NCBI GenBank assembly: GCA_965116475.1
Contig: OZ220691.1
Location: 576,001-640,000 of the forward strand
From: Gemmatimonadota bacterium
Lineage (GTDB): Bacteria; Gemmatimonadota; Gemmatimonadetes; Palauibacterales; Palauibacteraceae
DNA: 64,000 nt
Direction: 5' to 3'
In this document: in pieces, positions 19,898 to 29,851 of the stretch
How positions within the stretch are numbered: position 1 is the first letter of the stretch
How the letters are laid out: the number at the start of each line of letters is the position of its first letter
Program-made: the position numbers and the translations under genes
Notes under the pieces: model-generated
Told to the model about the DNA's origin: nothing
The model's input: only the letters and a program-made list of their open reading frames with translations
The model's database searches: none

Positions 19898-20737
19898 ATG
19901 ATCGATATCAACGAAATCGGTGCGACCGCCTTCGTCATCGCGTCCATCCGGGCGCTGGAACCCGAGAAGCCGCGGCCGCTGTTCAACGATCCCTACGCGC
20001 CGTGGTTCTCGAACGACCGGGCGCGCACGGCGGCGCGGCAACTGGACGCGGCGTTCCCGCCCTCGACCACGATGGTCCGCTTCCGCACCCGCTTCTTCAA
20101 CCGGTTCGTCGAGCGCGGGATCGTGGACGGGGCCCGGCAGGTCGTGCTGCTCGGGGGCGGCTTCGACATGCGCGCCCACTTCTACCGCGGCACGGGCGCG
20201 ACCTTCTACGAGGTGGACCAGAAGGCGGTCCTCGAGTTCAAGCGCCACATCCTGTCGGACAACGGGGTCGAACAGCCGCCGTCGCTCTTCGCCAACTACC
20301 TGGAGGCGGACGTTCCGGGCGGTCTGGCCGACCTCGGCTTCGACCCCGCGGCGCCCACGCTGATGGTGTGGGAGGGCAACACGATGTACCTGCCCCCCGA
20401 GAGCATCATGCCGTTCCTGAACCGGCTCGGGAGCGCGATGCCGTCGCTCCGCATCGCCTTCGACTACTTCTCGGTCGACCTGCAGCGCCGCGAATTCGAC
20501 AACGAAGAGGACCGCAGGCGACTCGAGGGCGTGGAGCGCGCGATGAACGCCTCGTTCCCCACCGGCTTCCCCGACCTCACGGTGTTCGAGAAGCAGGCGC
20601 CGTTCGAGGTGGCGGAGTCCGGCACGTTCGCCGAACTGGCCGAGGAATACGGCCTGGGCGAGATGGTGGCCGAATACCCCGAGGACTGGCGCGAAACCCT
20701 GAAACTCTACCGCTACTGCGTACTGAAACGGCGGTAG
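19898..20737 (+). CDS. SAM-dependent methyltransferase, leucine carboxyl methyltransferase-like family
   Basis: TAF..A..RA.E, DPYA, RTRFF, QVVLLGGGFDMR, EVDQ, WEGNTMYL. Confidence 0.9.
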   Translation: MIDINEIGATAFVIASIRALEPEKPRPLFNDPYAPWFSNDRARTAARQLDAAFPPSTTMVRFRTRFFNRFVERGIVDGARQVVLLGGGFDMRAHFYRGTGATFYEVDQKAVLEFKRHILSDNGVEQPPSLFANYLEADVPGGLADLGFDPAAPTLMVWEGNTMYLPPESIMPFLNRLGSAMPSLRIAFDYFSVDLQRREFDNEEDRRRLEGVERAMNASFPTGFPDLTVFEKQAPFEVAESGTFAELAEEYGLGEMVAEYPEDWRETLKLYRYCVLKRR

Positions 20738-20764
20738 TCTATCTGCTTGGTTCGGACCGCACGA

Positions 20765-21082
20765 TCACACTTCGACTTCTCTGAACTGACCTTGTTGCAT
20801 CTCGTTCACGGCCGAGCGGACCTTGTCGATTCGCGCTCGAATCCGCGGCCAAGCGGTCGATCGCAGAACCAGCACCGCCACTCCCCGCGCCTCGAGGTCC
20901 TGCTGGTGTCGCAGACTCTGATCGGTCGTGATCAGAAGTTCGTAGTCGTGCTCCTCAGCTTTGTCCAGCAAGGCACTGTTTCGAAGCTCGGACCACCCGC
21001 GCTCATAGGCCGTATCCACGTGGTGGCCCTCAAGATGCCGTCGGAGCGGCACAGGGGTCCCCTGGTCGAACAGGATCTTCAC
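20765..21082 (-). CDS. DUF5615-type PIN-like toxin
   Basis: MKILFDQG, LITTD..L..QQ motifs; paired with DUF433. Confidence 0.85.
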   Translation of the reverse strand: MKILFDQGTPVPLRRHLEGHHVDTAYERGWSELRNSALLDKAEEHDYELLITTDQSLRHQQDLEARGVAVLVLRSTAWPRIRARIDKVRSAVNEMQQGQFREVEV

Positions 21083-21306
21083 TGACCACCGACGCCCGCC
21101 AGCGCTTCCACTTCGTGGTCGAGGACGGACTCGACCTGCCAGCGCTCCACGCCCTGAAACCAGTCGAGAAACTGCTCAATCGAGGCGCCCGCCCGCAGGT
21201 TCTCGAACAGGGCGCTCAGCGGAACCCGTGTGCCCGCAAATACCCAAACTCCGCTGACCTTCCGCGGATCACGCTCCACGGCGTCACATTCCTTCCAATT
21301 CGGCAT
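21079..21306 (-). CDS. DUF433 antitoxin
   Basis: RDPRKVSGVWVFAGTRVP...LFENL..GASIEQFLDWF; overlaps toxin start. Confidence 0.88.
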   Translation of the reverse strand: MPNWKECDAVERDPRKVSGVWVFAGTRVPLSALFENLRAGASIEQFLDWFQGVERWQVESVLDHEVEALAGVGGQ

Positions 21307-21445
21307 TAGGGCACCTCGCTTCCGAGCCCAAGGCCCGACTCCACGACACGCGATCCTGTCAAGGTAGCATCGCCACCCGCCGGAATCGCCAGCGTCGGGG
21401 TCGCGGGTTGTATACCCCCCGAGAGCCATGGGCCTCCTGACCGCA

Positions 21446-22456
21446 TCAGTCGCGGTTTCCGTGGCGGTCGAAGAATTCGTCGGTGCGCGCGGGGAGGAGG
21501 AGACGGTCGGCGATGGCCGCAATCTCTTCCGCCTCCTTCCACGCCTGTTCCAGGATCCAGAGTTCGCCCTCGAGCGCGCGGCGTTCCTGCTCTTCGTGAA
21601 GGGACATTTCCAGAGCGAGGCGCGTGGGCTGGGACATGCTGCGGATGCGTCCCTTCTGACGCAGCGCTCCGACGCGGTCCCGGTTGGCCACATCGGCAAG
21701 AAAACGACGGGGGTGGCCGCTGGATTCGATTTCAGCCACGGCCCGCTGGACGGCGGAGCGGGAACCACCCCACCCGTTCAGGTGCGGGACGACGGCCGCC
21801 GCCACGCGCCGGGCGTCTTCGCCTGCGAACCAGGCCTTCTGCAGCGACCGTCTGATCTCGACGCCGAATCCGAGGTCGCCATCGTCGGGCAAGATGCGAA
21901 TAGACCCCAGGTCGAGGAATCTGAACTTCGCGACGTTTTCCGCAGTGACGGGGCCATCCTCGCGTGCCTTGCCACCGACACGAACCTTGGCCATCGGGCG
22001 GAGGTAGACCCATCCCAGCAGGGACCATGTGGCAACCATACCAAGGGCGGCCGTGACCCCCAGACCGGTTAGCACCCACCCGCCTCCCAAGCCGGCAGCG
22101 ACCCCGAGCCCCGTGCGGCGCATCCGCCTCCCGAACTGGTCGCCGTAGCGCCAGGCGGCGAACTCGGGCCGGGGCGGCTTCCCGATCCGCACCAGGTCCA
22201 GCCCTTCCTTGTGGCGCGCGATCCCGATGTTCTCGGTCGAGGCCCGGGTGCGCGTGTCGCGGAAGATGCGCTCGCAGGTCTCGATCGCCTCCCAGCGCTC
22301 CTCAAGCGGGGTCAGGTTCCACCGGTGGCACTTTCTGCAGACTACCCAGAGCCTCCCCTTCGCCGCGTCGAACGCGAGCCTCCGTCCAACGGGGAACTCC
22401 TCCACCACCTCGTTGGAGTCGAGGGGTTTCTTGCAGAAGATGCAGGTCTTGTACAC
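21446..22456 (-). CDS. Hypothetical protein with N-terminal Zn-ribbon and central TM hairpin
   Basis: CIFC and CRKC pairs; hydrophobic stretch; GAGGAG RBS before GTG. Confidence 0.8.
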   Translation of the reverse strand: MYKTCIFCKKPLDSNEVVEEFPVGRRLAFDAAKGRLWVVCRKCHRWNLTPLEERWEAIETCERIFRDTRTRASTENIGIARHKEGLDLVRIGKPPRPEFAAWRYGDQFGRRMRRTGLGVAAGLGGGWVLTGLGVTAALGMVATWSLLGWVYLRPMAKVRVGGKAREDGPVTAENVAKFRFLDLGSIRILPDDGDLGFGVEIRRSLQKAWFAGEDARRVAAAVVPHLNGWGGSRSAVQRAVAEIESSGHPRRFLADVANRDRVGALRQKGRIRSMSQPTRLALEMSLHEEQERRALEGELWILEQAWKEAEEIAAIADRLLLPARTDEFFDRHGNRD

Positions 22457-22497
22457 AACACTCCTCTTCGGCCGCCACCACGCTGAAGTTGCTACGA

Positions 22498-22517
22498 GAC
22501 GTTCCCGCGGGAACGTC
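22498..22517. repeat. Palindrome copy 2 (GACGTTCCCGCGGGAACGTC)
   Basis: In divergent intergenic region. Confidence 0.9.
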
Positions 22518-22668
22518 CGTCAAGCGTCCACAAGATTTGATCAGCGGCGGAATGACGGGCTTCACGGAAAAGTCGTATGACCCCTCTTCTTGTCACCGTC
22601 CAGTTGGGTCGCCGATCATGATCCGGTAGGCGGACGGTCCCGTTCACCCCTGGCGAGGGAGCGAATCG

Positions 22669-23229
22669 ATGGTTTCCGTGTTCAGCCTGTGGCTGCCGAT
22701 CCTGGTCTCCGGCGTGCTCGTGTTTCTCGCGAGTTGCGTCATTCACATGGTCCTCAACTACCACCGGCACGACTACCGGGCGCTCGCGGACGAGGACGGC
22801 GTGATGGACGCCCTCCGCGACTTCGACATCCCCGGCGGCACCTACGCCGTCCCGCACGCCGCGTCCCGCGAAGTCCTGATGAGCGAGGCGTTCCAGGAGA
22901 AGGTGAAGCGGGGCCCGGTCGCGTTCATGACGGTGCTGCCCCCCGGCCATCCCCTCATGCGGAGCAGCCAGCTCGTGCAGTGGTTCGTCTACTGCCTCGT
23001 CGTGAGCCTGCTCGCGGCGTACGTCACCGGCCTCGGGCTCGGACCGGGCGCGGAGTACATGTCGGTCTTCAAGATCGCCTCGACGGCCGCGGTGATGGGA
23101 TACGCGCTCGCCCACGCCCAGGACGCGATCTGGACGTTCCAGGGCTGGCCGGCGACGGCCCGCAGCATGTTCGACGGCGTCGTCTACGGCCTCCTGACCG
23201 GCGGCGCCTTCGGCTGGCTCTGGCCCTGA
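22669..23229 (+). CDS. Hypothetical membrane protein
   Basis: Several TM helices, strong GC3 bias, GAGGGAG RBS. Confidence 0.8.
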   Translation: MVSVFSLWLPILVSGVLVFLASCVIHMVLNYHRHDYRALADEDGVMDALRDFDIPGGTYAVPHAASREVLMSEAFQEKVKRGPVAFMTVLPPGHPLMRSSQLVQWFVYCLVVSLLAAYVTGLGLGPGAEYMSVFKIASTAAVMGYALAHAQDAIWTFQGWPATARSMFDGVVYGLLTGGAFGWLWP

Positions 23230-23618
23230 CTCAGCCCTGAGACTGCGCGCAGGTGGTCGCGGATCGCCTGCTCGCTGAGCGTGTTGCGGCGCCGGCACTC
23301 CATGGTCCACAGGGCGCCGTGGACCTGGGAGACGATGAACGACCCCGCAATGATGGCGGAACCGACGCGGTATCCGTCGTAGGCGTCATCCGAATCGAAC
23401 GCGTCGCGCGACTCTCCCCAGACGCCCACGGCCTGTCCGAGGTGCCCCCAGCCGACGACGCCATCGATGACCGGAGCTACGAGGCTGCGGGTGCAGTCGC
23501 CGCGCGCCACCGGGCCCTCGCCCTTGGGCGGCCTGCGCATAAAAAGCATGGAGCACCCGCTCGAGAGCAGTGCGATGGCGAGGACCACCGGGACCGCGAA
23601 ACGACGTTCAGCCGACAA
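23184..23618 (-). CDS. Putative lipoprotein
   Basis: Hydrophobic leader ending SSGC; start uncertain (TTG 23618); 3' end overlaps convergent gene. Confidence 0.5.
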   Translation of the reverse strand: MSAERRFAVPVVLAIALLSSGCSMLFMRRPPKGEGPVARGDCTRSLVAPVIDGVVGWGHLGQAVGVWGESRDAFDSDDAYDGYRVGSAIIAGSFIVSQVHGALWTMECRRRNTLSEQAIRDHLRAVSGLSQGQSQPKAPPVRRP

Positions 23619-24300
23619 CGAACACGAGCCCGCTCTGCAGGGCCAGGTGACGGTTTCTGGTTCCGTCGTCATCGATCCGGGAGAGGCCCGTCGCGTAGAT
23701 CAGATCGAACGCGAGGCGCAGCGAATCGTTCAGCCTTGCCTCGACACCCGCTCCAACGGCCAACCCGAAGTCGGTCGACCTGAAGTCGGCGCCCTCGGCC
23801 TCGGTGCATGACATCGCGGCGCCCTCGGAGGGGCGGACGAGAAAGGTGATCGCTCCGAGTTGTCTTTCGCTGCCCCGCACATCGAGACCGCATGAAAGGT
23901 TGAAAGCCATGTAGGGACCGGCGAGCAGGCCTATGTTGACGAGTCCCCGCTCGGTGTCCGTACCAGCGCGGAGGAGCGTGGAGAACTGCAGATAGTTCAG
24001 CTCGGCCATCGCATCGTAGAACGACCTGCCCGCACCGATCGTCGGCGGCACATCGATGCTGCCGCCCTTCTGTGCCAGCGCCACGCCGACACGTGCGTCC
24101 AGGAAGCCGGGCAGCGGGATCCCCACGTCGAGCCCCGCCGCGACCCCGAGTATGGCCCCGCTTTCCACGTGCCGCGCTTCGTCGGTCAGGGACGCGGTGC
24201 TGACTCCGCCCTTGAGACCGATCGTCGTCTGCGCGGCGAGTGGCGCGGCCGCCAGCGACGCGAGCATGGTTGCGGCGAGGGCCTTCGTCGGGGCGGACAT
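23608..24300 (-). CDS. Outer-membrane beta-barrel paralog 3
   Basis: AQTTIGLKGG, QKGG, NYLQF, GPY..FNLSC...C, STDFGLAVGAG, ALQSGLVF. Confidence 0.85.
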   Translation of the reverse strand: MSAPTKALAATMLASLAAAPLAAQTTIGLKGGVSTASLTDEARHVESGAILGVAAGLDVGIPLPGFLDARVGVALAQKGGSIDVPPTIGAGRSFYDAMAELNYLQFSTLLRAGTDTERGLVNIGLLAGPYMAFNLSCGLDVRGSERQLGAITFLVRPSEGAAMSCTEAEGADFRSTDFGLAVGAGVEARLNDSLRLAFDLIYATGLSRIDDDGTRNRHLALQSGLVFVVG

Positions 24301-25922
24301 CAGGACTCCCGGAGTCTGAAGCGCTGGATTTTTCCGGTCGCGGTCTTGGGGAGTTCGGCCGCGAAGCGGATCCAGCGCGGATACATGTAGCGCGGGAGGC
24401 CCGCCTGGCAATGTGCGACGAGTTCGGCCCGCAGCGTGTCGGCGGCCGGGGGCGCGCCCGCCGTCTCCCGGAGCGGCTCCGACAGTACGACGTGCGCCTC
24501 CGGCTTCACGAGGCCGTGGTCGTCTTCGCGGCCCACGACCGCCGCCTCCAGCACGGAGGGATGTTCCATGAGGCGGGCCTCGATGTCGAACGGGGAGCAC
24601 CAGATCCCGCCCACTTTCATCATGTCGTCGGCGCGGCCCTGGTAGTGAAACCAGCCCTCCGCTTCGCGCACGTACTGGTCGCCGGTGCGGAGCCAGCCGT
24701 CGACGATCGTCCGTCCCTCGAGTTCCGGACGGTTCCAGTAGCCGGGGGTCGTCGAGTCGCCGCGGATCTCCAGTTGTCCCGCCTCGCCCGGCGCGGCCAC
24801 AGCGCCGCCTTCAGCGCCGTCCTCGCCCACGATCCGCGCCTCGTAGCCGGGGACGACGCGGCCGGTGCTCCCGGGTTTCACCTCTCCCGGTGCGTTGGAG
24901 ATGAAGATGTGAAGCGCCTCGGTCGAGCCGATCCCGTCCAGGATCTCGAGCCCCGTCGCCGCCTCCCAGCGGCGGAAGAGGTCCGGGGGCAGCGCCTCGC
25001 CGGCGGAGACGCACAGCCGCAGCGAACTCAGATCCGGACCGCCAGCCGCCGCCTGGTCGAGTGCCTGCAGCTGGGCGGCGTAGAGCGTCGGCACCCCGAA
25101 ATACGCTGTCGGCCGTAGCGTCTCGATCGTCTCGAAGGTCGTCGCGGGCGTCGGCCGCCGCTCATCGAGGATCGCGGTACCTCCCACCCACAGCGGGAAG
25201 GTCATCGCGTTCCCGAGTCCGTACGCGAAGAAGAGCTTGGCCGCCGAGTAGCAGCGGTCGTCCTCTCCCAACCCCAGGATCCCCACGGCGTAGTGCTCGC
25301 AGGTGGCGGGCATATCGCGGTGGCGGTGCGGCACCCCCTTGGGACGGCCCGTGGTGCCCGAGGAGTAGAGCCAGAACGCGATGTCGTCCGGCTGGGCGGT
25401 CGCGGCCTCCAGCTCCGGAGCGGCCGCGGCGACGTCGTCCAGCACCCCGCCCTCCGCCTCGAGCGCGAGCCCGCGGGCGCCCGTGCGCACCGCCGCCAGC
25501 GCCGGCACGACCTCGGACGCGAACTCCGGCGAGTACACGACGGCCCGGCACTCGGAGTCGGCGATGATGAACGCGAGGTCCCGCGCCCGCATGAGGTAGC
25601 TCACCGGCACCGGCACGATCCCCGCCTTGATCGCCCCCCAGAAGAAAAAGAAGAACTCCGGACAGTCCTTCACGACCATCAGCACGCGGTCGCCCGGCGC
25701 GAGCCCGAGCCCGAGGAGCGCGTTCCCGGCCCGCGCCACCCTCCCGGCCAGCTCCGCGTACGTGACCGTCGTTGCGGCCTGCGCGATGGCGACCCTGCCG
25801 CCCCGCCCCTCGGCCACATGCCGGTCGATGTACCACGAGGCCGCGTTGAACGTCTCCCCATACCGAAGACGCGCCGGGCGGGTGGAGCGGTCGATCGTGA
25901 GTTCCATCCGAATCATGGTCAT
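24300..25922 (-). CDS. Benzoate-CoA ligase family protein
   Basis: FNAA, WLYSSGTTGRPKG, KLFFAYGLGN, SAGEALP, DGIGSTE, TGD, PKTATGKIQRF. Confidence 0.92.
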   Translation of the reverse strand: MTMIRMELTIDRSTRPARLRYGETFNAASWYIDRHVAEGRGGRVAIAQAATTVTYAELAGRVARAGNALLGLGLAPGDRVLMVVKDCPEFFFFFWGAIKAGIVPVPVSYLMRARDLAFIIADSECRAVVYSPEFASEVVPALAAVRTGARGLALEAEGGVLDDVAAAAPELEAATAQPDDIAFWLYSSGTTGRPKGVPHRHRDMPATCEHYAVGILGLGEDDRCYSAAKLFFAYGLGNAMTFPLWVGGTAILDERRPTPATTFETIETLRPTAYFGVPTLYAAQLQALDQAAAGGPDLSSLRLCVSAGEALPPDLFRRWEAATGLEILDGIGSTEALHIFISNAPGEVKPGSTGRVVPGYEARIVGEDGAEGGAVAAPGEAGQLEIRGDSTTPGYWNRPELEGRTIVDGWLRTGDQYVREAEGWFHYQGRADDMMKVGGIWCSPFDIEARLMEHPSVLEAAVVGREDDHGLVKPEAHVVLSEPLRETAGAPPAADTLRAELVAHCQAGLPRYMYPRWIRFAAELPKTATGKIQRFRLRES

Positions 25923-27088
25923 GAGTCCGGCTTCCGGTGCGCTGGCCCCTCCCGGTTCACCGGAAGGTGCCGCGTCCCGCACACCGTGAACTCCCATTCG
26001 CCGCGGCGCATGCGGTAGGGTTCCCGGACCGCCGGGACGACCACGTAGTTGCGGCCCAGGGGATAGCGCCGCCTCAGGGCTTCGACGGCGGTCTTCTCGA
26101 CTTCGTCCGCGTTGACCTTGCACTCGAACGCATCCAGGCGGCCGTCCCCGCGGCGCACGACGAAGTCCACTTCCCTGCCCGACTTGTCTCGCCAATAGAA
26201 GATGTCGTCGCCCAGGTGGCGGAACCGCAGCGAGTCCAGCACCAGGTGCTCCCATAGCACTCCGCGGTCATCATCGCGGATGCGACTCCAGCCCCGCTCG
26301 AAGGCGACGAAGCCCGTGTCGAAGGCGTAGCACTTGGGGCGGCTGACGATCTCCCCGCCCCCGCCGCCGCGAAAGGGACGAAGGAGGTGGACGGCGTGCG
26401 CGATTTCCAGGGCCTCGACGTAGGTCTTGACGGTCGGCCGGCTGAGCTCCGTCAGCCGAGAGAGACGGCTGTAATCGACCTGCCCGCCGCTCCATCTCAG
26501 CAGAAGCCGAAACAGCGACAGAAACCCTTGGCGGTTCCGGACGCGGAACAGTTCCAGGATGCCCCGCGCGTAGAAGCTGTCGATCCACTCCGAGAACGAC
26601 GGCGCCGACTTCGTTTCCGCCAGCAGCGGCTCCGGCAGCCCGCCGTGAAGCAGCCGGTGATCGAAACCCGCGCGTCCGAACGGTTCGGCACATTCCTCCC
26701 ACAGCACCGGACACAGGTGGACCGCGACCTTCCGGCCTGCCAGCGAATCGCGGAACTTTCCCGTGGCCGCCAGCGTGGACGATCCGGTGGCCAGGATCCT
26801 GAGCGCCGGGTATTCGTCGGCCGCGATCTTGAGGAGAAGACTGGGATCCGGCAGACGGTGTACCTCGTCCACGACAAGCACGGTTCCCGGTGCGAGGCCG
26901 CCGAGAAAGAGTTCGGGGTCGTCGAGTCTCCGGGCGGTGGACGGAAGATCGCAGTTCAGGTAGACGGCATCCGGCAACATCCGGGCGAGGGTCGTCTTCC
27001 CCACCCGCCGCACGCCGGACAGCCACACCACGGGCCTCTCGGCCCACGCCCGCCGGATTCTCTCCAGCCACATCGGACGCCGAATCAT
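25919..27088 (-). CDS. AAA+ ATPase with DUF4143 domain
   Basis: GVRRVGKT, VVDEVH, ATGSS, SLAGR, PK.YAFDTG, YWRDKSGREVDFV, FECK. Confidence 0.92.
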   Translation of the reverse strand: MIRRPMWLERIRRAWAERPVVWLSGVRRVGKTTLARMLPDAVYLNCDLPSTARRLDDPELFLGGLAPGTVLVVDEVHRLPDPSLLLKIAADEYPALRILATGSSTLAATGKFRDSLAGRKVAVHLCPVLWEECAEPFGRAGFDHRLLHGGLPEPLLAETKSAPSFSEWIDSFYARGILELFRVRNRQGFLSLFRLLLRWSGGQVDYSRLSRLTELSRPTVKTYVEALEIAHAVHLLRPFRGGGGGEIVSRPKCYAFDTGFVAFERGWSRIRDDDRGVLWEHLVLDSLRFRHLGDDIFYWRDKSGREVDFVVRRGDGRLDAFECKVNADEVEKTAVEALRRRYPLGRNYVVVPAVREPYRMRRGEWEFTVCGTRHLPVNREGPAHRKPDS

Positions 27089-27195
27089 AACCGTATTTTA
27101 CATTTGGTCGACCCAGATGACAAATACGATAGCAGCTTGGGCGCCGAGATCGCAGGCTCAAGGTGCGGCCACCGACGTCGTGCAGGCGTCGCTCA

Positions 27196-27231
27196 CGACA
27201 TTAGCCTCCCTCGACATTAGCCTCCCTCGAC
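27196..27231. repeat. 16-bp tandem duplication spanning a stop codon
   Basis: CGACATTAGCCTCCCT twice plus CGAC. Confidence 0.85.
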
Positions 27232-27813
27232 GGCTGCGGCGAAGGCTTCGACCTCGCGGGGGGATGTGAGGCGCACGAGCCGGATGTGCGCCCAGCGTGG
27301 GTCCGATATGCACGCGGCCATGTTTCGTCGCTTCCGCCTGTGCTGCGTGATGATCCAGCCCAGCAGCGAGTCGTGCCGCCAGACCAGGAGGTGGCGCCAG
27401 AACCGCTCCCGGTTCGTCCCCCACACCAGTTCCCCGGACCGCGACCGCCGCCACGAGCGGCGGAGGAAGCGCCACACGAGCAAGGACAGCGGCAGGTCGA
27501 GCCAAACGACGGTATCGAGACGCGGCCACAGGATCCGCCGGGAGAACCTCTCATACGAACCCGCGGCGACCCACCGCTCCCCGCGCGTCGCCTTTCGAAT
27601 TCGGCGCTCGAACCTGTCGGGGTCCGTCTGGTTCAGCCCGACCCAGCCCGGCAGCCAGTTGAGCGCATCCAGTTCCACGAATGGCGCATCCAGCGCCTCC
27701 GCCAGCCGCGCCGCGAGCGTGCTCTTCCCCGCCCCGCTGTTGCCCATCACCTGAATCCGGTCTCCGATCACAGCGTCCGTCGCGATTCGGCTCTCATGAA
27801 CTCGGCGGATCAT
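27217..27813 (-). CDS. Adenylate-kinase-like P-loop protein (topology modulation protein family)
   Basis: GNSGAGKSTLA, ELDAL.W.PGW, VWLDLP; start uncertain. Confidence 0.85.
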   Translation of the reverse strand: MIRRVHESRIATDAVIGDRIQVMGNSGAGKSTLAARLAEALDAPFVELDALNWLPGWVGLNQTDPDRFERRIRKATRGERWVAAGSYERFSRRILWPRLDTVVWLDLPLSLLVWRFLRRSWRRSRSGELVWGTNRERFWRHLLVWRHDSLLGWIITQHRRKRRNMAACISDPRWAHIRLVRLTSPREVEAFAAAVEGG

Positions 27814-27937
27814 GGTCGGCAGTCTACGCTGGAGCATGCCGGGCCGCTTGCCGCTCGGTCGGGGCGGGGGGCACAATGGCGGCCGACGTCCGAATCCAAT
27901 GCTCGATTCCGAACTCCAGTCCCGGGAGTCACTTCAG

Positions 27938-29851
27938 ATGCGCGACGCAGACCGAATCGATACCACGCGGCCACGTTGGCCGACGTTCCGCCACCGTCGG
28001 ACCCCGCTTTCGCTCGGCGCGGCGCTGGCGCTTCTGCTGTTCGTCTGCGGCTGCCAGCCGGGCGAGGCGGGGGGCGGCTCCGAGGGCGGCGTCGAGGCCG
28101 GCTCCGAGGCTGGCGCCGAGGCCGGTGTCGCGAGCGGCACGGCCAGCGCGTTCATCGAGGCGGGGGGCGCTTTCCCCGAGGGGTGGCCGTTTGCGGCCGA
28201 AGACGCGCCCGTGACGGCCACCGAGGGCATGGTCGTCTCGACGGACGAGTACGCGTCGCGCGTCGGCATCGAGATCCTCGCGGCCGGGGGCAACGCGGTG
28301 GACGCGGCGGTCGCCACGGGGCTGGCGCTCGCCGTCGTGAACCCGGAGGCCGGCAACCTGGGCGGGGGCGGGTTCATGATGATCCGTCTCGCCGACGGCA
28401 CCGTCTTCGCGCAGGACCACCGGGAGAAGGCGCCGCTCGCCGCCACCCGCGACATGTATCTCGACGAGGACGGGAACGTGACCGACCTCTCCGTGCGGGG
28501 ACACCTCGCGGCGGGCGTGCCCGGGACCGTCTCCGGCCTGTGGGAGGCGCACCGGCGCTTCGGGGCGCTCGAGTGGACCGACGTGGTGCAACCGTCCATC
28601 GACCTCGCGCACGGGTTCGAGGTCACGACGCGGCTGGTGTCCACGCTCGACGCGGCGCAGGAGGGGATCCGCGCCTTCCCGCACAGCGCGCGCATCTTCC
28701 TCCCCGGCGACGCCGTCCCCGGCATCGGCGACACGTTCGCGCAGCCGGATCTCGCCGCGGTCCTCACGCGCCTCCGCGACCAGGGGCCGGATGACTTCTA
28801 CCGCGGTGAGACGGCCGCCCTGATCGTGGCGGAGATGGAGCGCGGCGGCGGCATCATCACGCTGGAGGACCTCGACCGCTACGAGACGGTGTGGCGCGAG
28901 CCGGTCGCCTTCGACTACCGCGGCTACACGGTGCACTCGATGCCGCCGCCGTCCTCGGGCGGCCTCACGATGGCGGCCATCGCCAACATCCTCGAGCGCT
29001 GGGACCTGGGCGCGATGGGGTGGAACAGCCCCGAGACGATCCATGTCATGGCGGAGTCCTTCCGGCGCGCCTACGCCGACCGCAACGAGTACCTTGCGGA
29101 TCCGGACTTCGTCGAACTCCCCGCCGGCGAGTTCCTCTCGGAGGCCTACGCGGACAGCCGCGCGGCGACGATCTCCACGGAGCGCGCGACGCCCTCCGCC
29201 GAGGTCAACCCCGGGATCGACGCCTTCCTCGACGAGAGCCACACGACCCACTACGCGGTCGTCGACTCGGAGGGGAACGCGGTCGCGGTCACGACCAGCA
29301 TCAACTCGTGGTACGGCGGCAAGGTCGTGGTGGACGGCGCGGGGTTCTTCCTCAACAACACGATGGACGACTTCGCGGCCAAGCCGGGCACGCCCAACCA
29401 GTTCGGCCTCGTGCAGGGCGAGCGCAACGCGATCGGCTCCGGGAAGCGCATGCTGTCGGCCATGAGCCCCACGATCGTCGAGGACGCGGACGGCGACCTC
29501 TTCCTCGTCACCGGCACCCCCGGCGGCGCCACGATCATCACGACGGTGCTGCAATCGATCTTCAACGTCGTCGACCACGGGATGAACGTCGTGCAGGCGG
29601 TCCACGCCCCTCGGGTGCACCACCAGCATCTCCCGGACCTCGTCTTCCACGAGTACGGAGGATTGGGAGGAACCACGGCGAGCGCGCTGGAGGCGCTGGG
29701 GCACACCGTCCTCGAGCGCGACCCGGGCCCGCCCGACGCCTACTTCACGGGCGGCATGTCGGGCGACCTGCAACTGATCATGGCGCTGCCGGACGGATCG
29801 TGGACGGGCTGGTCGGACCCCCGCCGCGGCGGAAGGACGCTGGGCCGTTAG
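27938..29851 (+). CDS. ggt: Gamma-glutamyltransferase
   Basis: GGNAVDAAVA, GGGGFM, REKAP, PPPSSGG, autoprocessing ESH/TTHY, LNNTMDDF, LSAMSPT, GTPGG, SDPRR; start uncertain. Confidence 0.95.
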   Translation: MRDADRIDTTRPRWPTFRHRRTPLSLGAALALLLFVCGCQPGEAGGGSEGGVEAGSEAGAEAGVASGTASAFIEAGGAFPEGWPFAAEDAPVTATEGMVVSTDEYASRVGIEILAAGGNAVDAAVATGLALAVVNPEAGNLGGGGFMMIRLADGTVFAQDHREKAPLAATRDMYLDEDGNVTDLSVRGHLAAGVPGTVSGLWEAHRRFGALEWTDVVQPSIDLAHGFEVTTRLVSTLDAAQEGIRAFPHSARIFLPGDAVPGIGDTFAQPDLAAVLTRLRDQGPDDFYRGETAALIVAEMERGGGIITLEDLDRYETVWREPVAFDYRGYTVHSMPPPSSGGLTMAAIANILERWDLGAMGWNSPETIHVMAESFRRAYADRNEYLADPDFVELPAGEFLSEAYADSRAATISTERATPSAEVNPGIDAFLDESHTTHYAVVDSEGNAVAVTTSINSWYGGKVVVDGAGFFLNNTMDDFAAKPGTPNQFGLVQGERNAIGSGKRMLSAMSPTIVEDADGDLFLVTGTPGGATIITTVLQSIFNVVDHGMNVVQAVHAPRVHHQHLPDLVFHEYGGLGGTTASALEALGHTVLERDPGPPDAYFTGGMSGDLQLIMALPDGSWTGWSDPRRGGRTLGR

